64,000 bases of DNA from Oopsacas minuta (lineage: Eukaryota > Animalia > Porifera). Under the pieces are notes generated by a model that was not told the origin of the DNA, did not search any database, and saw only the letters and a program-made list of their open reading frames with translations. Where the stretch lies: assembly GCA_024704765.1 (NCBI GenBank), contig JAKMXF010000011.1, positions 417,557-481,556 of the forward strand, given 5' to 3'. Each line of letters opens with the position of its first letter. The stretch's first letter is position 1. This document shows, piece after piece, positions 35,931 through 47,900 of the stretch. The position numbers were made by a program, and so were the translations under genes.

Positions 35931-36839
35931 GTGGGAAACACAAACAGTCTGATTGCTTATGACCTAGGTGAATTATATTTCGGACCATACAATTTCCAAA
36001 AAGCACCGACAAACTTTGTTTGGGGCGTTCTTTCCAATTGTCTTGGTATGACACTTTTTTCTTGGTTAGAGTACAGTGTCTTGATGAATAAAGCATATTG
36101 CTTTGCTTGTCGATATTTCTCTACAGCTACATCGAAAAGCTATATTGCCATTATTCAAAAGGCTTTATTAATTGGAATCACGCTATGCAGAAAGGAAGAG
36201 GTTAAAAAGGTCATGATAACAGTGAAGATCATAATATATCTAAGACCAAATGGGAAAACAGTATATACAAGATAAAAAAGGGATTTCAATTCTGGAAATT
36301 CTAAATCCCGAAAGAAAATCAGTAATTGAATACGAGAGAGAATATTTGTAGATTTACTAGAATATCACAAATACTTTTGTTCTCAGGAAATGGCATATAG
36401 AGGACATGATGAAGATTCAGAATCATTGAACAAAGGTAAATGGAAAGAATTCAGTAAGTTAATGCTTCTTACAAACAAACATTTCAAAGATCTCCATTCT
36501 TCTATTACAGCGACTCATGAAACATATGATTATACTTCCAAGAGGTCTTGTAATGAGATGATTCAGGCTTTAGAAGACGAGGTAAGACACGCTATTCGAT
36601 CAGAAATAGAAGCATCAAAAATGTTTGCGATGTTAATAGACGAATGTAAAGACAGCGCGGGCCATGAAGAACTATCTATCTGTTTTAGATATTTGGATAC
36701 AAATATGGTTATTATAGAAGGATTCTACAGTTTAACTAGACTTGTTGAAACACATGCAGATGGAATACTACAAAAAGGGGCAATTCCGACATTAAATGAG
36801 GTGGGGCTAACTTCAAAATTGTTACTCCATATTAATTAA
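35931..36839 (+). pseudogene. hAT transposase fragments (TTF zinc finger and DUF4371)
   Basis: WLEYSVLMNKAYCFACRYF; AYRGHDE...N.G...F; FAMLIDECKDSAGHEELSICFRY. Truncated, with stops and frameshifts. Confidence 0.82.
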
Positions 36840-38168
36840 CATGGAATTTCTATTAGAACAATAAATTTATTTATTAGATGACTATCACGAATTTGGTATA
36901 GGAATTTATAACTTGATCGGTTGATCCCAATACATACGTTTTATTCATAGTTTATACCAATATTGAATTTGTGGAATATTTCACCTTCTCTAATCTCTAA
37001 TGAATACGCTATTTCGTTGAATATATTGGGGGCGCTTGAGCACCCCCTAGTGCCCGCCACAGAAGTAAACTATTATTACATTTGGGTAATCGAGTATGCT
37101 GATTACGATTTTCATACTTTCGAATTAATCATATGTAAATTTAGTTGTTGTTTTTATGAATATAAAGTAAACAAATAGTTGAAATCTCAAAATATACTTT
37201 GAGACTTGCTCTTTCGGCTACAATAGGATAACAAAGTATGCTGCAGGGTTTCATACAGGATTTTTGGCACATAGAGGTATTTTGGCCTTGGCTTGGCCAA
37301 ATTTGAGTTTTGGACGAAAATTCACACATGACAAAATTATGACGTCAATATAACCTTTTAGATTTTCGAACAAGCACATTATTAACAACTGCTCTGCCAA
37401 TATGCATGATAGAAGTTTGAAATTTGAATCACAGGTACCCCTCAATGTGACAAATGTCCTGACTTCATGATTCTGGCCAAAAGCTAACTCAAAATGGGAT
37501 TAGTACGTTATCAGGACTGTACAAAAAATCCAAATTATCCAAATTTTGAACACAATTCTTAGTTGGGTTGTCATAATCTAGTCTAGCGCGCTTCGTTTGC
37601 TAGTTCGCTGCGCGACAGCTTAGCACCTCAGGTTAGATTAAGTATTAAACAGTTACATTTTTGGATGCTTTTGGTCGCTATGCGACGGGATATACTCGGC
37701 ACTACGTGCCTCGGGGTTAGTTTTTTGTGGAAATTTTACTTTTTTATTAACCATGGTTAATCCAAATTCCATTGATTTGCCTTCGGTGGTAATACTTGAT
37801 ACTCTTACGTAGCTTTAGGTTAGTAATGTGGGCACTTCGTGTGTCGAATATTTTGAAGTTCTCAAAAAAATCGAAATTTGGAGAATACTGATTTTTATTG
37901 TACAGACATGATGATAGAATAATAATAATATATACAGATTAATTACGTTTTAATAGTATAGATTGACATAATCATGTTTCTTTTAATCTGAAGTTATATG
38001 CAGTTTCAAAAAAGTTTTCGCAAGAATATCGCGGGAGTTTGAGTACATCTAAGGCATGTTTTTGTGATAGAGAATAAGGGAAAATATATAAAAGAATAAA
38101 TGGAAATAAATGAAAGCTCAAAATATTGTTTCCAAAACTATTCATTCATAATAGCAATTTATGAGCTA

Positions 38169-38238
38169 TTAAAATCGACGAGGCGCATGCTCCTATGTTG
38201 TTGAGGGCCTTGAGGCGCATGCGCTTCATCGATTTTAA
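38169..38238. other. 25-bp-stem hairpin about 60 bp downstream of the MED11 stop
   Basis: 38169-38193 pairs with 38214-38238 at 22 of 25 positions. Each arm contains GCGCATGC. Confidence 0.6.
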
Positions 38239-38299
38239 TCGATTTTAACGTCACGGATAGAAAAGAGATGAAATATTAGCAAAACATAATTATTTCGAA

Positions 38300-38659
38300 T
38301 TAATTATTAGACATGCTCTGAGCTTGTTCTACCCTCTCTCTCAAATATGCTTCTTTCTCTAAAGTAATACACAAATCCTTTTGCACTCCGTATATAGACT
38401 GTAAGTGTGGAGAAGATGTGCTAACCTCTCCGAGGTAGTTAATCTGCTCTTTCAATCCCTTCTCTATGCTGTGTAGTGTAATAAAAAGTTGAGCAGATTT
38501 GTGTTCTACTACATCTTTTATTGGATTATCTTTAGATAGTTCTTGTAATGACTCAGCAGCATACACCAATACATTGGCTATTTCAGATTCTAACTGATTC
38601 AAATCCTCTACACGTTTAGATGTAGTTCCTATACCAGTGCCAGTGCTGTGACTTGCCAT
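38300..38659 (-). CDS. MED11: Mediator of RNA polymerase II transcription subunit 11, 119 aa
   Basis: KRVEDLNQLESEIANVL.....LQELSKD...QINYLGEVSTSSPHLQSIYGVQKD aligns by eye with human MED11 (ERLRALEDIEREIGAIL...ELSKE...[24 protein letters not shown]). Confidence 0.9.
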   Translation of the reverse strand: MASHSTGTGIGTTSKRVEDLNQLESEIANVLVYAAESLQELSKDNPIKDVVEHKSAQLFITLHSIEKGLKEQINYLGEVSTSSPHLQSIYGVQKDLCITLEKEAYLRERVEQAQSMSNN

Positions 38660-39866
38660 TATAGATGCTACAGAAGGTATGTATTCTAGATAATAGAGTA
38701 GGCAAATGGCTTATTTTATCGGACCGTATTAGGTCCGATTCTCAGGCTTGACCCTGCCCTGCAGGAAATACATCTACAATGGGTCACTTAAATTTAGAAA
38801 ATTAGATTCGAATCACACGATATAAACTATTAATACAATGCAGACAGCAAATGGTTGCAATGAATGGAGCCCAGAGCATTAAAGAAGCGCTCCGATTTCA
38901 GGAACGGGGACTGGAGCTCGAAATATAGCAACAACTTTTCATACTTAACATACATGGTTGCTTAAACTGGTTTGAAGTGGCACATTTGGCAATTTTGCGA
39001 ATGTAGAATGGTCCAATTCTATAATACAAAGTAACTATGGAAGAGTGTTAAATAGGAACGCAATTGGAGCACGCTCCATTTTTCGAGGAGTGGATGATGA
39101 AGTGCGATCCTTTTGATAATTCGACTTATTCGAGTTCAAATATTGTGAGCTCTTAATCCTCTGGTGCAACCAAATGATTGAAAAAGTATGCAGATATGAC
39201 AGTGTCATATAGTATTTCCCTCAGGGAGTTTGCGACGTAGTGATTTGCCCCATTATGCCTAATAATTATCGCCTTGATAGACACTGGGAATCGTGGGTGG
39301 CCAGCCTGACGCTAATCTATTTAAGATCTGGCTCACCAAGTAAAAAAGGAATCAAATCCTGGAACAAGACCAGGGAAGGATATACTACATAGCAATTTAC
39401 CAGGGGATTATTTGAGGGAAAACTATTTGACATCGGCTCATTATATATTTCAAATTTACGGCTAATATATTCCCATGAAAGACAATATAATCATAATCAA
39501 GTAAATTAACATCTCATAAATAAATAGCCAATCTTAGTTTAATTCAGTAGGCGATGGTTCAGTATATAACAAAACAAATGACAAAATTAAATCATTTTGA
39601 CAAATGAAAACGGACACTCCAAAAAGCGGACAAGCCCCTACAACAGACAAACCTCGTGGCACGGATTGAATCTGCCAAGCATGTAATTACTACTTAAGAG
39701 CAGTATTAAATGCCAATTAGAAAGTATTGAAATATCAACTTCAGACGTTAGGGTATTTGTGGCTTATTGGTTTCGGGGGCTTGGGAGTGGGCTCTTCTGC
39801 TTGGCCTGCCTTTAAGATAGTACTGGGTATGCTCAGAGCGTTGGAAACCATAGAGACTCTTTAGGG

Positions 39867-39969
39867 CAGAGCTGCAAATGGGTCACATGAAGTGACCCAT
39901 GACCCATGTGACCCATCTTAAAAAAGTGACCCATCTGACCCATGGGTCAGTGACCCATTTGCAGCTCTG
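39867..39969. mobile_element. Minimal 103-bp hAT MITE
   Basis: Perfect 20-bp TIRs CAGAGCTGCAAATGGGTCAC, perfect 8-bp TSD CTTTAGGG, and an interior made of TGACCCAT repeats. Confidence 0.92.
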
Positions 39970-40921
39970 CTTTAGGGCGACTCACGCGCTTTGTATGTTG
40001 GGAAGGGTAAAGTCTTGAGATTGAGATCCCAAATGTGACAAGTTCAGATTGAAGAGACACTCCGATATCCCGGTGTAGCTGGACTGACTGGTGGCTGGGA
40101 AGATCTGAGTTCAGGTGGAACTGATGTCAGAGGTGCGATAGTGCACAGGAAGCATCGACAGGAGGAGGGGAGTTACTCAAGTAGTCTTCTGAATCTGATG
40201 ACTAGATGTGAGTGAATTATCACACAGGGTCTTGGAGAATGTGCCCCTTTGTAACTAGAATAGCTATCACTCGACGACATATATTCGGTATTAGCTAACA
40301 ATATTCGATACAAATCTATATTGTTAAATCTCAATTGTTGTCTGTTTGTCTGCCCGTTATCAAGGAGAAAGGATTACGGTATGCAATTTTGAACTTGTCG
40401 CATAACTATGTATTTATCGTGTTTATCAAGGAAGTATATAAAATTCAATAAAACTTCACTAAATATATCGAACATGCTGAATCCGGTTTCACATTTTTGG
40501 ATTAATCATATGTAAATTTATTGTTGTTTTAATGAATATATAGTAAACGAATTTAAAATTGAGGCAGAATCATACTTTCAACGACTACACTGGGGTAATC
40601 GAGTATATTGATTCCGAATACGGTATTGTGAACAACATTTCATAAGTATTTGTTCAAATTTGGGGACATAAAGTAAGCAGATTTAAGGTTATGGCAGTAT
40701 CATGTTTGCTACGGTTAAGGTTATGAGTTTATGTACTCATGGGCCGTAGACCCGAGTGTGGACACGAAGTGTTCGCATCCGCATAGCGCAAGCAAGCGAA
40801 GCGCGCTCGTAGAGATGAAAAGAAATCAAATAAATAAATGAACAGAACTCTAGAATAGAAGGATTGCAAATAATGAGAGCTCAGTGATGGAGATTATATA
40901 TACTTGTTGTTCCACTATGTT

Positions 40922-41290
40922 TAGGGTGACCATATGTCCATTTTCTTTGCCAAAATTTGGAAATGTCCAGGTTTTTGTCCAGGTAATTACATTTTGGAAT
41001 TATGAAGGAAATGTCGGGGAAAATTCTGTTTTTTGGGGTGTGCAGGTCATCCAATTAATAATGTAGTCTGTCACAATATAAGGAAGTCCAGTTAGCAAAA
41101 GGAGTTATTAACACAGCTTTTGACTCATTTTGTTAGGCAAAGATGATTTTGTATGAATATTATAGTTGATTTCATATTATATAACCTAATATTTCATTTT
41201 ATAGACTGTCCAGGTTTTTAGGTTTGTGTCCTGGATTTTTTCAGAACAAATGAAAATGTCCAGGATCCTAAAAACCTTCTGGTCACCCTA
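40922..41290. mobile_element. hAT MITE, 369 bp
   Basis: 11-bp TIRs TAGGGTGACCA, perfect 8-bp TSD ACTATGTT (40914-21, 41291-98) and internal TGTCCAGG repeats. Confidence 0.9.
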
Positions 41291-41979
41291 ACTATGTTCA
41301 ATGGTAGCAATCAGAAATACAGATTGTACCGAGATATTAAAAAAATATCTACCCTCAAGGCTAAGTCAACCATTTTAGAACAGAGCCACTATACTATGTA
41401 ATAGTATTAGTCGGCACAGTAATAAATTGTTTTTTGGGAAACTAGAAATGTCAGAATAGAATTCCACGCACCAGATTACCAGTTGGTAGTAATCGAATGA
41501 ATGAGTTGAATGAGTTGATACAGTCCTGAAATTTATTTATTAGATAAATCTATATTCTATTAGAATAACATCATTTGATGGGTTATGATCTTATTAATCA
41601 ATTCGCTAAAGTAATTAAACTAAATATTGAGTGTTTGCCGGCCGATTTAAATTTATATCTCTGACTCCTCCATTAAATTTAGGCTAGCGGCACCACTGGC
41701 TATAAGATATCTCAGAATTGCGAACCAAAATTAAAAATAACTTATAGGTGTAGTTCTTCATGGCTTTTAGTAGTTTCTTATCCAAGATGGCCATCCTGAA
41801 ATCATCTCAAACAGATTGTTTTATGCAGCGAAAATATGTTATAAATTACCAAAATATACTTATTTAATATATATATATATGAATAGAAATACATATAATT
41901 ATTTGTATATAAGATAAGGAGCTCAATAATAATAATATACTATCTAAAGTTGATTTTTAACTAATTCAATGATTACGAA

Positions 41980-44900
41980 CTAATGTTGAGCTAGGTCATG
42001 AGGAAGTTTTGTTATCTTGAAGTTATCAAGAGCTCGTCCAATGTCTGCTCTTGGGTAAACATGGCATATTAACAGGTGAATCAAACTTCTATCAAAAACA
42101 TTAGCAAAATACTGATTCAGCTCATACGTCATCTCGACCGGAAGACGGCCTCGATACAGCGAGTCTGTGTTGATAAGAATTGTATCTTCATCTTCATCAA
42201 GGAAGCATATGCAAGCATTTTCTAAAGTACTTCTTATTTGAGTTCTGGTATCTAAGATTACGATGTCTATCCTGCTCACTGGAACAATATCAAGTTTATC
42301 GATCTTATCCCTTATTGATAAATATCCGTCTGCTATTCCGTATTCATCTTCTTCTGTTTGAAGGTAAATTTTTTTATTCTGGATTCTAACTTTGCACATG
42401 TTTTTGTGAGTATCGTGAAAATATATTCTCTTGAGCCCAGTAAATACTTCCAAACTTTTCAATCTTTCTTTTAGGTTATCGGCAAGAACATTTTCAGTTT
42501 TATACAACTCATAAACTCCTGGAGACAATCTCTGGTTAAACCTATGAGAAAGGAATTTGATTCTGAGTCTGTGAGGAGGCGCAAATGAACCGAATTTGTT
42601 GGGAACAAGAGGAGCCAATATTCTGAGCTCATCATGTGCTGATTCCACCCTATTTAGGAGTTGAGTATCATCCCCATAGAAGAGATGCGGAGAGTCGTAA
42701 GGAATGAACTCATTCTTGTCAGTTAGCAAAAGAATGCCGTCTAGTATAATTTGCATGTCTGTAGAGTGGAGTTCAGAAATCAAGTAGGAAAATGCACTTT
42801 CTGCTCTAGTACATAGAATATAATTTTCTAGATTAAGTTGGTTACTACCATTTTCTCGATGGATACTACTCAATACAAACTTGAAATGTTCATAATTAGG
42901 ATATTCAGAAACCTTCAGCTTCAATAGAAAGTTTCTAAATTGTTTCAACTCGTGTGGACATTGGAAGAGATAGGGGCTAAGATCATCCCTCCAATTCATA
43001 ACTATATTCAAAGGTTTATACAACTTGCATTCAAAAAGTATACACTTTGCATTCTTGAACTCAGGAAGCGTGCATGGAAAATCTTGGAGATAATTGTAAG
43101 TTGCAAAGAACAATTCCCTTAAATGGTGATCAACTTGCTCGAGGGTATAAGTATTGCACAATTCTATTAAATTCTGAAAATGCAGTTTCACGATGTCAAT
43201 CGAAGGTATGAGGGTAAGACCCAACGAGTTCATAATTTGGTTGAAACGAATTTTAGAGGGATTAGATTCTGGATCTTTGAATGATACAGTATGATCAAAT
43301 ATAGGAGATGACAGACAGCAATAGTCACGATGTTTGGATATTAGAGCTTCAGAGAACATACCTAATCTCCATCGTATTCCAGAATTACCTGTTCCAATGA
43401 ATGTTTGTCTGATATATATTGGTAGGAATTTAAGTGTAGAAATTTGTTGTAATATCAATTCATACTCCTCAGATTCTTCCATATAAATATAAGAATCCAC
43501 GAAATTGATTAAAGCTCTAATTGGTAATTTTAGAGAATCGAATTCCAAAGAATCTAAATCGCTGATCGCTATAAGTTTCGCACAGTCTAAAATATCTTTC
43601 AAATATATCCTAGTATTCAAACCAAGGGTCACTAACTTTGCGTATAACACGTTAACCTTAGACCAGCATTGTGGAAGTAGTTTATCTTTCTTGAAAGCAG
43701 CAAACAAAGGAATATTGGGACAATACAATTCATTTGGTCTAAAATATGATCGCAGACTTTCCTGAATACGAATAAACGGGAGTGATTTCAGTATCGAAAT
43801 CCAATTATCTTTCTTTCCAGAAAGTTCAAATAGATAAATAATTATAGCCTTCTGAGTTTCGAACTCAAGTCGAGGCAATATCTCAATATTTAATATATAA
43901 GATTCCATAAATTCATTCAGAGTTAAACAACTTATGCTAACTCGTTTGCAGATGTTTGTAATTAGGTTGAGGGGATTGTGGTGAGTAATATCAGAAGAGA
44001 GGAAAACCAATTTGAAAACATCTTGAAGTTTTTTTATTAAATTTTCAGAAATCGGGAAATTATCATTATTCATAAAACAAACCATATAATCTTTCAGAGC
44101 AACAAGACGATACTCACCAGGTTTGTATTCGGCTACAAACATTTTGATACGTGACAGAGTTTTCCAGTCATTATCTGAGAGATTCTTATAATTAATATTC
44201 GGAAAAATATTTCTTAACCTCTCGGCTTCCATATCAGTTAGGACAACATCTGTATTTTTAGCTAAACTAATACAACCAAGAATAGCGTTACCATCAATTG
44301 TTCTAATTGCCATAGATTTTAACATGCGCAATATTGAAGAGACCTCTTCTATGCCTTCAGGAGGATGTCTATTATAAGCTAAGTAGGGGGTCAAATATAG
44401 GAAAGGACATCTAAACTTAAATAAAATATTTCTCAATGTTGACTCAATTTCATCTGTGGCTAGATATTCAAGATGATTAATTGGTTGAAACGTTGGCTCT
44501 TTTGGACAGTCATTGCCGTAAGTAACAGGAACTAAATAAAAGCTACCAAACTGAGAAAGTTTCTTGGAATCACGAACATTTTCATAAATAAAATGCCAGA
44601 ATAGCAGGAAAAATTCAGGAGACGGCTGGTGGGATATATCCATATTTTGTGATAGAAACTGGATAGTCAGAGGTTTTACATAGCCATACTCTATCAACTT
44701 TTTGATAATGTGTATATCGTATTGTTTCGATAGAAATCTTTCAGGATTTTGTGGTAGAAGCTTGGCATAATTAATCGTGAATGTTGATTGTAAGAGCTGG
44801 AACCAACCAAGATTGTTAGCATAGTCTACCTTCAATGGCACAGTAGGAATCTGCTCCTTATATTTGGGATCATTCCCAAAGTGTGTCAGTATAAATTCCA

Positions 44901-47900
44901 AAATAACTACTAAACGATCAAAGTTGAAAATACAGTTTAGCAAGGAGCAAGGGAACTCATGGTTCAATTTGCAGAGTTTTGATATATTAAGGTTAATATA
45001 TTGTAACACATCTAGTGGAGTAACAACTTTACATTCTGAAGCACAATCACTACACACCTTGAAAGAATTAGCTAATGAATTTGGAGCTAGTGTCAAATGA
45101 TATTTCAATTCACTGAGACACTCATAAAGAATTTGCATTGTTCTGGTTAATTCAGGTTCAAGAATCCTGAAAACTCCAGCATCAGGTCCGTGAATTGGAT
45201 ACCAAGTACGGTTACCATTTAGACAGATATCATCTGCTAATAGAACCTCGGAATTAGATTTATATAGCAAGGTTAATACTGATTTTCCTAGAGCCTGTAG
45301 ATATTCCATACTGTTAGATCCAGTTTCTGTTGTATGGATTACGGGGAATAGAGAATAATACCAATCAAAATAATCAATATCAGTTAAGTCACATATGTGA
45401 ACAGCACCAGGACCTAGATCATACAAAAGATTAAAATAAATAGGTGCTAGCACAAGCTCCATGATCTCATGATGCCATACATTATCCCAAGAGTTGGATC
45501 CACTAATCTCATCCTGATAACTTACGTATCTTCTGTGTGGGTCTAGAATGAATGGAGCATTGATATGGACAGGAAAGTTGAGAGAAGTACCAAAAGGAAG
45601 ATGACAATAAAGATATCTCTTTTGGGATTGGACAGGATTATCTTTTGAGATTAATTCAACTGCTATGCTGGAAAAAAGACGAAGTTTTTCTATTTTATAC
45701 CTGGGTTTAAATTTCTGTAATAATTCGGATCTACCTAAAAACATATCAACATTTCCTTCAAAATGATAAATCAACCATTTAACTATTGTTGAGGACATCA
45801 CTGTATCAGTTACTGAATTTGGAATGTCTACTCTAACTGACTTTTGAAGTATTTGCATAGTTTTACTGTAGCCAGCGATTGGTTTCTCAACCTCAACTCT
45901 TCTGTGTGTTAGGAGTTGTGAGTTTATTTCAACATTGCGAATTACGCGTACGATCGGTGGTATACATGATGAGAGACAACTGATGTCAAATATTTGTATC
46001 TTTTTGACATTACTAATGAAGGGTAAAAGTCTAGGAGCTTCGTTCTTTAGTTGTTCAAGTAATTTTCTCATTATTCTAACATTCTCTTGAGTGTCCAGTT
46101 TCTTATCAATTGTTGTATTGAGGGGCAATCGAAATATTGAAAATGATTTCTTTTCTCTGAGATTCTCCATGACATTTGGATACTTCTTAAGAATTTGTTC
46201 TACGAAATAAGGTTCAAATTGGTAAGTAAAACGGGAAAGAGGCTGTTGTTTATTGAAAGTTACCTTTGTTCCAGGTCTCTTACCCTTTGGGATATTGAGA
46301 TGCTCTTTATGAGGATCAAACACACAGAAAACTGATTCTTCTCCATTTTCAGAATAGCTGAGGAGACATGGACAGCGCGTTAAATGGAAAACCGAATTGA
46401 AACCTAAACCAAATCGGCCGATAGTGTTTTTTCCTTCCTTCCCTCCTATCCCAACAGCCTGAATCCCTATCAAGTCATCAAGTGAGAAGGATTTGTTGTT
46501 GTAAACAAGGAGAGAGGGTGTTTTCTGAAGGTTTCTCCAGTTAGATTTGTAATCTGATGGACACAATGACCTTTGTCCGTATTCTTGGGAATCAAGTATA
46601 AATACAACTTCTGTAGCCTCAGCATCATCTGCATTTTGTATCAGCTCTTTGAAAATGGTTACATCGAGAGGAAATTCTCGAAGAAGATTATCAATACGCT
46701 TTGACATATCCTCGTGCTGACCAAATTCTTCCCATTCTTGTTCATATAATGTATCCATTTTACTCTTTGCGCCTAATTTGTGTGATACTTTGGTTGTTAT
46801 TCTATGATTCACGAGTGATTCCCTCTCTTCTTCAGTAAACTCCACCCAGGGCACATCGTTGATGTATAAACTTGAAGATAATTTGAGATTGTTATTCTCG
46901 GTAAGCAAGAATATGCCTTCGAAATTTTCATCATCTTTAACCTCGATAGTCTCGTTAATCAGCTTAATGACTAACTCACGTTCGTTTGGACCATTTCCTG
47001 AAAGGGTTGGTGAAGGCAGAGATTGATTACCGAAATGTTCCTTGATTAACGAGATGATGTTAATAGCCATATTAGATGTAACTTTTGTAGGGAGTTTCAT
47101 AAAATTAAAGAATTTTTTGATTACTGATTCTTGGTCTATCATTTCTGGGAGAATAAAAGAAACAAGAAAGGAGCTTTGATAACTAAGATAATCTGTTGAG
47201 GAAATTACTTGGCTAATGGGATAGAACTTCTTTAGTGAAGAAACCCAAAGCCATTTCCTTTCTTCAAGATTCTGTTGAATAATTAGTCTATTATTCTCTG
47301 AGGATTGATCCAAAATAAAACATTTCATGGCTAGATAATTGTAAATAGCTCTACATCGCTTCGTTACTTCCGTCAGTTTATTAGAGAGGAGAGATTCATT
47401 CACCTCTAATATGAAGAGAGTTTCCATGACAGATTCTAGAGGAATGTCTTTGTCAGAGATGCCTAAGAGAGAGAGTGCGTGACACCGAGAATTCACCTCT
47501 TTCGTGATGATATGATAATCAACCGATAAGTGTTGTAGATCAATACCGCGACATTTGGCAGGTGAAGATAATTTGCATGCAATTCCAGGACATATTTCAT
47601 TGAAAATAGAATCTTGACATACAGGTATGAATTGTATATCAAAAAGCATGTGTTGAATTTCATCTCTTTGCGTTTTATTTATTCTGAGGGAGTTCAAATA
47701 ATCAAGTAAGCATTCAGAATGTAAGAGGGCTTGCTCGTTATTGATATGAAAAAGTTCTAATGTTATACTGCACCTATCAACTAACAAGCGTAATGGAAGT
47801 TTATCCGTTATCACACCAACGAGGTTAAGCGTATGAAAAGTCTCAGAAGATTCTCTTTCATCAAATAGAGTGTGGAATAAACTGTGTGGTAGACGTTTGT

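Larger units (their letters stand above)
32247..37062 (+). mobile_element. Degraded hAT element (ZMYM1/DUF4371-type) hosting the Harbinger insertion
   Basis: Imperfect terminal repeats (G)AGTGGCGGACACT and AGTGCCCGCCACAG, with transposase remains inside. The 8-bp flanks are only partly similar (AAAGTGAC vs AAGTAAAC). Confidence 0.6.
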
